Below are positions 10,126-20,753 of a stretch of 64,000 nucleotides of DNA, piece after piece; the stretch's first letter is position 1, and each line of letters opens with the position of its first letter. A program made the position numbers and the translations under genes. Origin of the DNA: Maledivibacter sp. (GTDB lineage: Bacteria; Bacillota; Clostridia; Peptostreptococcales; Caminicellaceae); assembly GCA_025210375.1 (NCBI GenBank), contig JAOASB010000016.1:32498-96497 (forward strand). The letters are read 5' to 3'. The notes under the pieces were generated by a model that was not told where the DNA came from, ran no database searches, and worked only from the letters and a program-made list of their open reading frames with translations.

Positions 10126-11229
10126 TCAGTCGATCTCATTTTCTGTATACTTGGAAATATTAAGTAGAATTCCTATTGCCGCCATAAATATTGCTAAAGA
10201 GTTTCCTCCAAAGCTAATAAAAGGTAGAGGTATACCCGTAACAGGCATAGAGGATGTTGCTACCGCAATGTTTATTATAACCTGTATAGCAATCATGGCT
10301 GTAATTCCTGTAGCCATCAGAGAACTAAATAAATCCGGTGCATGTATAGCTATTCTTATCCCCCGCCATATGAGGAATAAAAATAGAAGCATAACGGTTA
10401 CACATCCAATGAAACCTAATTCCTCACCTATAGTTGCAAAAATAAAGTCATTTTGAGGTTCCGGTATATAAAGCTTATTTTGAACACTTCTTCCAAGTCC
10501 CACTCCAAAAAGGCCTCCAGACCCAAGGGCAAATAAAGACTGAATAACTTGATATCCAATGTCCTTACGATATTTAAAGGGATCTAGAAAAGCTGTAAAT
10601 CTAAGCATCCTATAGGGTGCAATCATTATCAAAATACCTACCATGCCTACACCTGTGGCTCCCAGCAATACCACGTGAAGCCATCTCATTCCCGCCACAA
10701 AAAGCAGTGACATTATTATAAGGGAAATAGTCATAGCCGTACTTAAATTAGGTTGAAGTATTATTAAACCCACATACACCCCTATAACTATTAGATAAGG
10801 AAATACTCCTTTAAAAAATTTATCTATATCCTTTACCTTTCTCGTAAGGCTATTTGATACAAAAATGATGGCACAGATTTTTGTAACCTCCGAAGGCATG
10901 ATAGTTATATCCCCTACCCCTAGCCATCTTTTTGCTCCATTTATATTTATTCCCAAGGGTGTTAATACTAACACCAATAAAACAAGACTTAGTAAATACA
11001 ATGGAAAAGCCAACTTTTTATATCTTTTATAATTAAAGTTCATAGTGAATATCATTGCGAATATTCCTACCACAGCCCACAATAGATTTTTTTTCAGGAA
11101 ATGATAACTGTCCTGTTTATTATAGAATGAATAGTATTGGCTAGAGCTAAACACCATTATTATTCCAATAATAACCAATATGAATACAGTTATCATCAAT
11201 GTAAAGTCAAAGGACTTTTTTTTGGTCAT
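10126..11229 (-). CDS. ftsW: SEDS-family peptidoglycan polymerase FtsW/SpoVE
   Basis: 367-aa polytopic membrane protein with the PEPQNDFIFATIGEELGFIG motif. Confidence 0.92.
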   Translation of the reverse strand: MTKKKSFDFTLMITVFILVIIGIIMVFSSSQYYSFYNKQDSYHFLKKNLLWAVVGIFAMIFTMNFNYKRYKKLAFPLYLLSLVLLVLVLTPLGININGAKRWLGVGDITIMPSEVTKICAIIFVSNSLTRKVKDIDKFFKGVFPYLIVIGVYVGLIILQPNLSTAMTISLIIMSLLFVAGMRWLHVVLLGATGVGMVGILIMIAPYRMLRFTAFLDPFKYRKDIGYQVIQSLFALGSGGLFGVGLGRSVQNKLYIPEPQNDFIFATIGEELGFIGCVTVMLLFLFLIWRGIRIAIHAPDLFSSLMATGITAMIAIQVIINIAVATSSMPVTGIPLPFISFGGNSLAIFMAAIGILLNISKYTENEID

Positions 11230-11230
11230 A

Positions 11231-12589
11231 TTATGACCTCCTTAATTTCTCTACACAATCTTTAAAGTGTATCCCTCTCACTTCATAGCTTTCATACATA
11301 TCCCAGCTTGCACATGCCGGAGACAATAGTACCGTATCTTTTTCCGTTGCTTGTTCATAGGCCTTTTCCACAGCTTCTTCCATGTTTTCAACTATAAAAA
11401 TGTTATAAAACCCGTATTTTTCAGCGGTCTTTTTAATATTAACCGCAGTTTCTCCCAATAAAACCAAAGCTTTAACCTTGCCATCAAAGGCCTCAACAAA
11501 TTCATCAAATGAGCTTCCTTTATCCATGCCTCCAGCTATTAAAATCAATGGTGCCTCAAGCCCTTCTACAGCCTTTATAGAAGCATCTGGGTTCGTTCCC
11601 TTTGAATCATTGTAGAATTTAATGCCCTTAATCTCACCTATGTATTCAGTTCTATGTTCAACACCTTTAAAGCTTTGTAAAGTATATTTAATTACTTCCT
11701 TTTTTATTCCTGCCTTAATGGCAAAAGCTACTGCAGCTAGTGCATTTTCAAGATTATGTTTTCCAGATATATAAATATCATTGACATTACATATAATTTC
11801 TTTTTTCTCATTAAGCTTAACAACTATATCATTATTCTCTAAACAAACGCCTTCTTTTAAGATTTCTTTCCTACTAAAGAATATTACTTTGCAGTTAGCC
11901 TTGGAAACCAATTTTCGTGTGACATCGTTGTCGTAATTCAGTATCAAGATGTCGTTTTCATCTTGATTTCTAAAAATATTTGCCTTTGCTTCTATATAGT
12001 TTTCCATCGTTTTATGGCGATTTAGATGATCAGGTGTTATATTCAATATTGCTGAGATTTTAGGCTTGAATGCTTCTATGGTTTCAAGCTGAAAACTACT
12101 GACTTCAGTTATTAAATTTGTATCCTCCGTTGTTTCTAACGCCTTAGAAATAGCAGCTAAACCGATATTCCCCACTACAAAGGTTTCAAGGTCTGCATTC
12201 TTAAATATTTCACCGACAAGAGCAGTTGTTGTTGTTTTTCCATTAGTCCCTGTTATAGCTAAATATTTTCCTCTACTTAGTCTATATGCTAACTCAAGCT
12301 CTCCTATTATCTTTTTCTTTTCTTTTCTAGCTTTTTCTATGAATCCTAAATCTGTAGGTACCCCGGGACTTAAAACAATCAAATCATACTCATGTATTTT
12401 TTGTGGATGCGAACCAAGGATCACTTCATCACAGATATCTTCGATTTCCCTCAATATATCCTTTAGCTTTTCCTTTGATTTGATATCATTTATGGTAACC
12501 TTAGCTCCAAGCTTCGATAAAGCCTTTACTGTAGGAATGCCAGATTTAGCCATACCTACCACTAGAACTTTTTTATTCTTTAGCTCCAT
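11231..12589 (-). CDS. murD: UDP-N-acetylmuramoylalanine--D-glutamate ligase MurD
   Basis: The ORF extends to 12670, overlapping mraY. The ATG at 12589 gives MELKNKKVLVVGMAKSG and avoids the overlap. Mur ligase P-loop GTNGKTTT is present. Confidence 0.93.
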   Translation of the reverse strand: MELKNKKVLVVGMAKSGIPTVKALSKLGAKVTINDIKSKEKLKDILREIEDICDEVILGSHPQKIHEYDLIVLSPGVPTDLGFIEKARKEKKKIIGELELAYRLSRGKYLAITGTNGKTTTTALVGEIFKNADLETFVVGNIGLAAISKALETTEDTNLITEVSSFQLETIEAFKPKISAILNITPDHLNRHKTMENYIEAKANIFRNQDENDILILNYDNDVTRKLVSKANCKVIFFSRKEILKEGVCLENNDIVVKLNEKKEIICNVNDIYISGKHNLENALAAVAFAIKAGIKKEVIKYTLQSFKGVEHRTEYIGEIKGIKFYNDSKGTNPDASIKAVEGLEAPLILIAGGMDKGSSFDEFVEAFDGKVKALVLLGETAVNIKKTAEKYGFYNIFIVENMEEAVEKAYEQATEKDTVLLSPACASWDMYESYEVRGIHFKDCVEKLRRS

Positions 12590-12614
12590 TATATTCACCG
12601 CCCTTTTCCCCTTA

Positions 12615-13574
12615 CTAAAGTCCATATAATCCAATAATACATAACACCAATGTAACACTCCAAAAAACAACTACTATTTTTGTTTCCTTCCAACCCGATA
12701 ACTCAAAGTGATGATGCAATGGACTCATTTTAAATATTCTCTTACCAGTCGTTTTAAATGAAATAACCTGTATGATAACCGATAGGGCCTCTGCAAAATA
12801 TATTCCTCCCACAATAGGTATAAATAAAGTCATATTCATTAATATGGCAACAGATGCTATTGCCCCTCCTAAGGCCATAGACCCTGTATCTCCCATAAAA
12901 ACCTTTGCAGGATAAGCATTAAATCTTAAAAACCCTAAGCAAGCTCCTGTAAGGGCTGCAGAAAATCCTGCTATAGTAGGATAGCCCAAATTTAGTGCAA
13001 CTAAACTAAAAAATGAAGATACTATCAATGTAACCCCTGAAGCCAATCCATCCAGCCCATCGGTCAGATTGACACTATTTGTTGTTGCCACAACTACAAA
13101 GGCTATAAAAGGAATATAAAGAAAGCCTAAATCTATATAATTGTTTATAAATGGAATCAAAACTCTAGTCCCATATATAGATACCTTTGATTGATATATG
13201 GCTATTATTACTGCTATAGTTATCTGTCCAATTAGCTTCTGATATGCTTTAAGCCCCAGATTACGTTTTAAAACAACTTTAATAAAGTCATCAATAAATC
13301 CTATTAACCCAAAGCCAATGGTAGAAAATAGAACTATGTACAAATCCTTATTTAATTTTCCAGAGGTTAGTGTTGTTATAAGTATTGCAGCAATCATTAT
13401 TAAGCCGCCCATTGTTGGAGTCCCAGATTTAGAAAGATGAGACTGAGGCCCTTCCGCCCTAATACTTTGTCCAACCTTCAGTCTTCTTAAGAAGGGGATT
13501 ATAATAATTCCTAAAATTAATGTAAGAATAAATGATATAGTTATTTTAGCTATCAGTGGTTTGTAATAATTCAT
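12615..13574 (-). CDS. mraY: Phospho-N-acetylmuramoyl-pentapeptide transferase MraY
   Basis: 319-aa membrane protein with GLIGFIDDFIKV, NSVNLTDGLDGLA and PLHHHFE motifs. Confidence 0.97.
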   Translation of the reverse strand: MNYYKPLIAKITISFILTLILGIIIIPFLRRLKVGQSIRAEGPQSHLSKSGTPTMGGLIMIAAILITTLTSGKLNKDLYIVLFSTIGFGLIGFIDDFIKVVLKRNLGLKAYQKLIGQITIAVIIAIYQSKVSIYGTRVLIPFINNYIDLGFLYIPFIAFVVVATTNSVNLTDGLDGLASGVTLIVSSFFSLVALNLGYPTIAGFSAALTGACLGFLRFNAYPAKVFMGDTGSMALGGAIASVAILMNMTLFIPIVGGIYFAEALSVIIQVISFKTTGKRIFKMSPLHHHFELSGWKETKIVVVFWSVTLVLCIIGLYGL

Positions 13575-13578
13575 CTAT

Positions 13579-14961
13579 TTATCTCCTCTCTTGTAGATAC
13601 TGTACAATTTCTTCCATTTTCATACCTCTAGAAGCTTTTATAAGCAGTACATCTCCAGACTCTTTTATTATATCTAATAGGTTATTAGCGGTAGTATTAT
13701 CTGCTAATGCAAAGGTTTTATCCTTTGAAAATCCACTTTCTATAGCACCCTTAACTATGTTTTTAGCACTATCGCCAACAGTGATAAGCAAATCAATATT
13801 TTTCTCAAATACTATTTTCCCCACTTCACTGTGGGCCCTCTCAGAATAATCACCTAGCTCAAGCATATCTCCAAGTACAGCTACCCGTCGTTTCCCCTCC
13901 ATGTTTTCTAGAACATTTAAAGCCGCCTTCATTGAATCTGGATTAGCATTGTAGCAATCATTAATTATTCCTATCCCTTCATCAGTATTAATGATATTTA
14001 ACCTCATCTTGCCTCCGTAAAAGCTACTAAGTCCTGCTTTAATTTTTTCAATAGATATATTATAGTGAATTCCAACGGCTATTGCCAAAAGAGCATTGTT
14101 TACGTTATGGATACCAGGTACATTGAGCTTGAAATCATGAATTTCTTCATTATATAAAGCCTTGAACTCAATACCTTTGTGACCTAAATTTTTTATTTCC
14201 GTTACTGTTATATCATTAGATTGATTTAATCCAGTCAGCACTTTTCTATATTTAGTATTTATGTCATTTACAGTGGATAGGTAGCCATCGTCTCCATTGA
14301 GTATTAACGTACAGGCTTCATCCATATAACTACTCAGTTCCATCTTCGCATTAAATATTTCTTCCTTTGAACCAAGATTTTCAATATGACATATACCTAT
14401 ATTAGTTATTACCCCAAGTTCTGGCTCCGTAAGCTTTGCCAAAAGATCAATTTCTCCCCTATTACTCATTCCCATTTCCAAAACTACTATTTCATGTTCT
14501 TCTTTAATATTAAGAAGAGTAAGGGGCAATCCAATATGATTATTAAAATTACCTTCATTTTTTAAAACATTATATTTCTGTGAAAGTACACTATAAATCA
14601 TTTCCTTTGTGGTTGTCTTTCCCGTACTTCCTGTAACTCCAACTACTGGAATATTCGCTTCATTTAAAAGGTATTTCGATATATCCTGTAATGCCTTTAG
14701 GGTATCTTCTACCATTATTATGTATTTACCAGGGTATTCCTTTATATTTATTTCTCTACTTGTTAGAACTCCATATGCTCCGGCCTTTAAAGCACCATCT
14801 ATAAAAATATGTCCATCAAACCTTTCTCCGATTATAGGAATAAAAAGATAATCTTCTTTAATATCCCGTGAATCTATGGATATTCCTTTGAACTCAACAT
14901 CCTCTTTTCCACATAAAAGCTTCCCACCTGTAGCATTTAATATATCCTTTATATGAAACAT
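13579..14961 (-). CDS. murF: UDP-MurNAc-tripeptide--D-Ala-D-Ala ligase MurF
   Basis: 460 aa, VGVTGSTGKTTTKEM P-loop, position between murE and mraY. Confidence 0.93.
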   Translation of the reverse strand: MFHIKDILNATGGKLLCGKEDVEFKGISIDSRDIKEDYLFIPIIGERFDGHIFIDGALKAGAYGVLTSREINIKEYPGKYIIMVEDTLKALQDISKYLLNEANIPVVGVTGSTGKTTTKEMIYSVLSQKYNVLKNEGNFNNHIGLPLTLLNIKEEHEIVVLEMGMSNRGEIDLLAKLTEPELGVITNIGICHIENLGSKEEIFNAKMELSSYMDEACTLILNGDDGYLSTVNDINTKYRKVLTGLNQSNDITVTEIKNLGHKGIEFKALYNEEIHDFKLNVPGIHNVNNALLAIAVGIHYNISIEKIKAGLSSFYGGKMRLNIINTDEGIGIINDCYNANPDSMKAALNVLENMEGKRRVAVLGDMLELGDYSERAHSEVGKIVFEKNIDLLITVGDSAKNIVKGAIESGFSKDKTFALADNTTANNLLDIIKESGDVLLIKASRGMKMEEIVQYLQERR

Positions 14962-16439
14962 TAGTTTTCCTCCCTTAAAAACTCAATAGCCACTTCTCTA
15001 TCATCAAAATCAAGAACTTCATCATTGATTATCTGATAGGTTTCATGTCCCTTCCCTGCTATTAATACTATATCGTCTTTTTGTGCCCTACTAATGGCAA
15101 TTTTTATTGCTTTCCTTCTGTCTATAACGGCATCATATTTATTTTTATCTTGACCCATTCCCCGTAATATGTCTTCTACTATCATATTAGGATCTTCTGT
15201 ACGGGGATTGTCGTTGGTAACAACTAGATAGTCTGCCATATCATATGCGATTCTACCCATTATAGGCCTTTTAGAAGAATCTCTATCGCCACCACAACCA
15301 AATACTACTATGACTTTCCCTTTAGCAAATTGATTAATGGTTTTCAGAACATTTTCCAAAGCATCGGGGCTATGGGCATAGTCAATTATAACACTTATGC
15401 CCTTATTATTTTCAACTGGTTCAAATCTTCCACGAATAGGCTTTATGGACTCAATTCCCATTGATAATTCTTCGTAGCTGTATCCCATGGAGTAGCATAC
15501 CGATATAGCCGCTAGTATATTATAAATAGAAAATAATCCAGGTATATTTATTTTAACGGGGCCTGAATACCTAGGTGTCACAAGCTTAAATTCAGAAGAA
15601 GTAACACTCATGCTTATATCCTCAGCCCTTATATCACAGGCATTATCTATGCCATAGCTCAAAACCGGTGTATTAAGATTTTTAATTTCATTATATATCC
15701 CTTTTCCATACTTATCATCAATATTAATGATATTAAAATCAGATGTTTTATAAAACAATTTGATTTTAGCATTCCTATAGCTTTCCATATCCCTATGAAA
15801 GTCTAGATGCTCAGCGGTAAGATTAGTAAAAACTCCTATATTAAATTTAACATCTTCAACCCTTTTAAGGTCAAGTGAATGGGATGATACTTCCATTACA
15901 CAAAGATCAACATCCTTTTTCACCATTTCATTAAATAAGTACTGCAATTCCAAGGATTCAGGAGTTGTATTTGATGTTTTATATTCTTCATCAACTATTT
16001 TATTTTTCATAGTTCCTATTATGCTAGTTTTTTTGTTATTTGCTTCTAGTATACTAGTAATCAGATATGTAATGGATGTTTTACCATTTGTTCCAGTAAT
16101 ACCCACAGTATTGATTTTCCCACTAGGACTATTATAAAAGTTTGCAGAAAGCTTTGAAAGCACATTTCTAGAGTCTTCTACCCTTATAACTGATATGCCA
16201 TATTCATCTATAATATCCTTAATATTCTTCATTTCTTTTTCAATAATAACTACACATGCTCCGTTTTTTATAGCACCTTCAATATATTTATGCCCATCGG
16301 TCTTTAATCCAATTATACAAACAAACAAGTTCCCCTTCTTAACTTTTCTAGAATCGTAGGCCACTCCTGTAATATCAATATCATTATCTCCATAAACCTC
16401 TAGGGCTTTTATTCCCTTCAATAAATCACATAATTTCAT
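14961..16439 (-). CDS. murE: UDP-MurNAc-L-Ala-D-Glu--2,6-diaminopimelate (or lysine) ligase MurE
   Basis: 492 aa, GITGTNGKTS P-loop and a DNPR motif (VTNDNPRTEDP). Overlaps murF by 1 nt. Confidence 0.93.
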   Translation of the reverse strand: MKLCDLLKGIKALEVYGDNDIDITGVAYDSRKVKKGNLFVCIIGLKTDGHKYIEGAIKNGACVVIIEKEMKNIKDIIDEYGISVIRVEDSRNVLSKLSANFYNSPSGKINTVGITGTNGKTSITYLITSILEANNKKTSIIGTMKNKIVDEEYKTSNTTPESLELQYLFNEMVKKDVDLCVMEVSSHSLDLKRVEDVKFNIGVFTNLTAEHLDFHRDMESYRNAKIKLFYKTSDFNIINIDDKYGKGIYNEIKNLNTPVLSYGIDNACDIRAEDISMSVTSSEFKLVTPRYSGPVKINIPGLFSIYNILAAISVCYSMGYSYEELSMGIESIKPIRGRFEPVENNKGISVIIDYAHSPDALENVLKTINQFAKGKVIVVFGCGGDRDSSKRPIMGRIAYDMADYLVVTNDNPRTEDPNMIVEDILRGMGQDKNKYDAVIDRRKAIKIAISRAQKDDIVLIAGKGHETYQIINDEVLDFDDREVAIEFLREEN

Positions 16440-16504
16440 CTTTATCTCTCCTAGTTTTATAAAAATATAAAAAGATATTTACTATAAAATTTCAATTAAA
16501 ATTA

Positions 16505-16663
16505 AGGCACATTCAAAAAATAAACTAGTCATCTTACTCGTCCTTTTAATTCTTTTCTCCTAAACTCAGTCACTTACATACAGTAAGTATGCCCGTGACT
16601 GAGTGACTAGAAAATAATCAAAATTACTTCGTAACCTAACTTGTTTATTTTTCTCATATGCCT
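16505..16663. repeat. Family-1 long imperfect palindrome (about 159 bp), copy A, reverse orientation relative to copies B and C
   Basis: aggcacattcaaaaaataaactagtc...gtttatttttctcatatgcct. Its reverse complement aligns along its full length with 22305..22463 and 61184..61341. Lies between the PBP stop and the murE start. Confidence 0.9.
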
Positions 16664-16740
16664 AAAGTCAAAGCCTTAATTCAAATTGCCCTCATAACTA
16701 GCTAATTCTTATTAATTATATCATAAATGTAGGTTTAACT

Positions 16741-18741
16741 TTACTCTGATTCTTCTTTTACAAATAAATATATAAATGATTTTTCATACACTTCACTTCC
16801 CGGCTTAGGAAATTGATCTATTACCACTGCATTGCCGCCGCTTACAGTTATCGGTTCAGTACTAAAGTCCAGCTTGTTATCAGAAAGTATTTTTGATGCT
16901 TTAGATAACTTTAGGCTCCTAACCTCAGGTACAATAACCTTTTGCCTTTGGAACCTTGCCTTCTCCTCTTCATTATACTGAGGTTCTACTTCCAAGTACC
17001 TTAAAGTGTCCCTCAATATCTCATGGGCAGCTGGCGCAGCGATTTGACTACCATAATGAATGCCCTGGGGTTCATCAATAATAACAATAACAGCCACCTT
17101 TGGGTCATTTATTGGAGCAATACTGACAAATGAAGAATACACACTGCCCTTTGCATACCTTCCGTTTATAACCTTATCGGCTGTTCCCGTTTTGCCTCCA
17201 ACTCTGTATCCAGGTATATATGCCTTTTTACCTGAACCATCTGAAACTACCGACTCCATTATCAATCTCAATTCCTTTGCAGTTTTTTCAGAAACTACCT
17301 GTCTAACAAATTGAGGCTCATATCTATGTATTACATTACCAGAATCATCTGTTAACTCTTTTACAATTTTAGGCTGCATAAGCTTTCCATCATTAGCAAC
17401 ACTAGAAATTGCAGTTATAAGCTGTATAGGCGTAACAGAAATACCTTGACCAAAGGATATTGTTGCTAATTCCACCGGTCCAACCCTTGACAACCTTTGA
17501 ATAATCGCATTTCCTTCCCCTGGCAAATCTATTTCCGTTTTGTCTTTAAATCCAAATGCATCAATGTATTTATAATATTTTTCAGCTCCAAGTCTTTGTG
17601 CAACCTCTATAAATACAGGGTTACATGAGTTTTGAACCGCTTCTGTAAAGGTCTGATCCCCATGGGGTCTATAATGTCTCCAGCATTTAATTTTCTGTCC
17701 TGCCACTATGGCGTATCCCGGTGAATAAAAATGGGAATCCGGCTCTATAGCCCCTTCCTCTAGCCCCGCCGCAGATGTTATCAGCTTAAAGGTTGAACCA
17801 GGTTCATAGGTATCACTCACCATTGGATTTCTCCACATTTTGTTCCATAGCCTTTGTTTTTCACTTGTATCTAAGGCTTCATAATTTTGCTTTTCTAGCT
17901 CATCTAATGGAACCCTTGGAGTATTTGGATCGTAATCTGGTTTAACAGACATGGCCAGTATATCTCCAGTTTTTGGTTCCATAACAATTGCCATTACTCT
18001 TTTACCATTGGTTTTAACTAAGGCATTTTCGATAGCCTTTTCAGTGAAGTGCTGAATTACCTCATCAATAGTTAATATAACATTAAGTCCATTTACAGGC
18101 TCATAGTATTTTTCGATTCCATAGGGAAGCCGCCTTCCAGCAGCATCAGTATTCTTTATCCATCTACCAGGCAATCCGCTTAACACCTTGTCATACTTAA
18201 GTTCTACCCCGGATAAACCTTGGTTGTCATCTGTAGTATGGCCTAATACATGGGCTGCAAAATTTCCATAGGGATAAAATCTTTTAAAATCTTGAGCAAC
18301 CTGAATTCCCTTTAGTTTTTCTTTTATAATTGCATTAGCCTTCTCTTTATCTATCCACTTAGCTATTCTAACTAGTCCTTTTTTTTGGGAAATATTTTCA
18401 AGAATTTTTTTCTCATCTATTTCAAGTATTTCAGATAGGCTTTTTGCGACTTCTTCCTTATAATTAACTTCTGACTTAGATTTGATTTCTGCGGGAGTAG
18501 CCCATACAGTGAATGTAGTTACACTAGCAGCTAATTCCTTTCCATTTCTATCATAAATTGTTCCCCTTTTAGATGTTATAGGAACATCCCTTGTCTGCTG
18601 CTGAATCGCCAGCATTCTAAATTCTTCTCCATTTACTATTTGAATCCATCCTAGTCTAACTATCAATGCAAAGAAAATCAAACAAACAAAAAACAAAGCA
18701 AAAACTAATCTTTTTTTATTAAGAATACTTGGATTTGTCAA
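16741..18741 (-). CDS. Class B penicillin-binding protein (FtsI/SpoVD type) with C-terminal PASTA domain
   Basis: 666 aa with N-terminal TM helix, the transpeptidase motifs STFK, SCN and KTGT, and a C-terminal PASTA-like segment. Confidence 0.92.
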   Translation of the reverse strand: MTNPSILNKKRLVFALFFVCLIFFALIVRLGWIQIVNGEEFRMLAIQQQTRDVPITSKRGTIYDRNGKELAASVTTFTVWATPAEIKSKSEVNYKEEVAKSLSEILEIDEKKILENISQKKGLVRIAKWIDKEKANAIIKEKLKGIQVAQDFKRFYPYGNFAAHVLGHTTDDNQGLSGVELKYDKVLSGLPGRWIKNTDAAGRRLPYGIEKYYEPVNGLNVILTIDEVIQHFTEKAIENALVKTNGKRVMAIVMEPKTGDILAMSVKPDYDPNTPRVPLDELEKQNYEALDTSEKQRLWNKMWRNPMVSDTYEPGSTFKLITSAAGLEEGAIEPDSHFYSPGYAIVAGQKIKCWRHYRPHGDQTFTEAVQNSCNPVFIEVAQRLGAEKYYKYIDAFGFKDKTEIDLPGEGNAIIQRLSRVGPVELATISFGQGISVTPIQLITAISSVANDGKLMQPKIVKELTDDSGNVIHRYEPQFVRQVVSEKTAKELRLIMESVVSDGSGKKAYIPGYRVGGKTGTADKVINGRYAKGSVYSSFVSIAPINDPKVAVIVIIDEPQGIHYGSQIAAPAAHEILRDTLRYLEVEPQYNEEEKARFQRQKVIVPEVRSLKLSKASKILSDNKLDFSTEPITVSGGNAVVIDQFPKPGSEVYEKSFIYLFVKEESE

Positions 18742-18762
18742 TCTTAATCCTCCTTAAACAAG

Positions 18763-19269
18763 CTAATCTAATAGAGAGTATATTTTCTGTATGGAAGCTT
18801 TAAGGTGTTTGAATATATTTCTATCCTTCTTTTGTGCTTCTTGGCTTTGCTCATTGCTATATGTGTTTTCTTCAAGAACTGTTAAATCCAAATCTGAAGA
18901 ATTATTTATACTTAAGAATACCATCTGTTCATATTGTGGATACTGCATTTTCAATTCGTTCAAAGCGGCTTCTTCTATTATATCCGATCTTGTTAAACTA
19001 TCGTACTCAACTTTTTTATCCTGTATGTGATTTTCAAGCTCCTTTATTTGCTTATTTAGATTATGCACTCTATATTCTGCTTCAGTTATAGCTGTATACC
19101 GAAGCAGAATAAATATTAAAGACGATGATATTAGAAGCACCCAAAACATAACAGCAATCTTTATAAAAAGATTTTTGTCTTTCTTGTTTACTTTCTTTGT
19201 TTTAGTTTTTATATCTTGATTTAAATTAACATTATCATCGTAAGAATACTTTTTCTCAGCTACTAACAA
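18763..19269 (-). CDS. ftsL: FtsL-like division protein (single TM helix plus coiled coil)
   Basis: 168 aa. TM helix IAVMFWVLLISSSLIFILL is followed by a heptad-like region. Position between rsmH and the PBP gene supports the call. The exact start is uncertain. Confidence 0.6.
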   Translation of the reverse strand: MLVAEKKYSYDDNVNLNQDIKTKTKKVNKKDKNLFIKIAVMFWVLLISSSLIFILLRYTAITEAEYRVHNLNKQIKELENHIQDKKVEYDSLTRSDIIEEAALNELKMQYPQYEQMVFLSINNSSDLDLTVLEENTYSNEQSQEAQKKDRNIFKHLKASIQKIYSLLD

Positions 19270-19298
19270 TGTATTCTCCCCCTTTAATATTTAGAACA

Positions 19299-20234
19299 TT
19301 AAATCCTTTCAGCTACTCTAAGCTTAGCACTTCTAGCTCTAGGATTGTTTTCTACTTCCATATCCGAAGGATATATTGGTTTTCTAGTAATCACCTTTAG
19401 CATTGGTTTATTATCACACTGACATATAGGTAATTCCGGTGGACAAATACAACCCTTGCTAAGGTCTCTATAAACATTTTTTATTATTCTATCTTCTAAT
19501 GAATGGAAGGTAATTATACTTATTCTTCCTTTTTTCTCTAATCTTTCAGATATATCCTTAACGGTTCTTTCAAGTATTCCAAGTTCATTATTCACTTCTA
19601 TCCTTATGGCTTGAAACGTTCTCTTTGCCGGGTGAGGGCCATTTCTTCTTGCTCCTGCAGGTATTGCTCCCTTGATTATGTCCACTAATTCACCTGTAGT
19701 TTCAATGTCCTTATCCTTCCTTGCCTCAATTATAAATTTTGCAATCCTTGAGGCCCATTTTTCTTCACCATATAGTTTTATGACTTTATTTAATTCCTCT
19801 TCCGAATATGTATTAACCACCTCTTTAGCAGTTAAGTCCTTTTTTCTGTCCATCCTCATGTCAAGCTCTGCATCCTGCATATATGAAAAACCTCTTTCAC
19901 CTTTATCCAGTTGGTAAGAGGAAACACCTAAATCCATTATCATCCCATTGATTTTTTCAATGCCTAAACTATCTAATATACCTTTAATATTTGAAAAATT
20001 GTTGTTTACGAGCTTCAGCTTATTTGAAAACCTTTTTAATTTTTCCTTTGTAAATCTTAATGCATCTTCATCCTGATCTATACCAATCAATAGACCATTA
20101 TCGTCAAGCTTGGAGCATATAAGCTCAGAATGTCCTCCTCCCCCTAAAGTACCATCAACATATATACCGTCGGGCTTTATATTTAAATTTTCTACGGTTT
20201 CATTTAATAGCACCGTCTCATGTTTGAATTCCAT
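19299..20234 (-). CDS. rsmH: 16S rRNA (cytosine1402-N4)-methyltransferase RsmH
   Basis: 311 aa with [18 protein letters not shown] and SFHSLEDR motifs. Confidence 0.96.
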   Translation of the reverse strand: MEFKHETVLLNETVENLNIKPDGIYVDGTLGGGGHSELICSKLDDNGLLIGIDQDEDALRFTKEKLKRFSNKLKLVNNNFSNIKGILDSLGIEKINGMIMDLGVSSYQLDKGERGFSYMQDAELDMRMDRKKDLTAKEVVNTYSEEELNKVIKLYGEEKWASRIAKFIIEARKDKDIETTGELVDIIKGAIPAGARRNGPHPAKRTFQAIRIEVNNELGILERTVKDISERLEKKGRISIITFHSLEDRIIKNVYRDLSKGCICPPELPICQCDNKPMLKVITRKPIYPSDMEVENNPRARSAKLRVAERI

Positions 20235-20312
20235 ATTATACCTTCCCTCTCTATGGTTGTAGGTTTATTCTGATTATTAATTTACGGCTCTTAACCTACA
20301 GGCTTTAACCTT

Positions 20313-20744
20313 TTATATACCTAAATCTGCCATTTGCTCAGCTATATCACCATAACTAATATTTGCAGTATCATTATATTTATCCCAATTGTCTTTACTC
20401 CATATCTCAATCCTCGTTGAAACTCCAATTATTGCTACTTCTTTTTCAAGTTGGGAGAATTCCCTTACATTTTGCGGGATCGTAACCCTCCCTTGCTTAT
20501 CCAGACTACATTCCGTTGCACCAGAAAAAAACAATCTAACAAATGCCCTAGCATTTTTATTTGTGAGGGGTAATTGTTTTAACTTATTTTCAAAAATATT
20601 CCATTCTCTTTCAGGAAAAACGAAAAGACAATTATCAAGCCCCTTTGTTAAAAAGAACCTTTCCCCTAATTCTTCTCTGAATTTAGCTGGAATATTTATT
20701 CTTCCCTTTTTATCAATTGTATATAAGTATTCCCCAATAAACAT
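20313..20744 (-). CDS. mraZ: Transcriptional regulator MraZ
   Basis: The ORF-track start at 20753 is a GTG. The ATG at 20744 gives MFIGEY... and has GGAG 9 nt upstream. Two DKKGR/DKQGR SpoVT-AbrB repeats are present. Confidence 0.93.
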   Translation of the reverse strand: MFIGEYLYTIDKKGRINIPAKFREELGERFFLTKGLDNCLFVFPEREWNIFENKLKQLPLTNKNARAFVRLFFSGATECSLDKQGRVTIPQNVREFSQLEKEVAIIGVSTRIEIWSKDNWDKYNDTANISYGDIAEQMADLGI

Positions 20745-20753
20745 AAACTTCAC

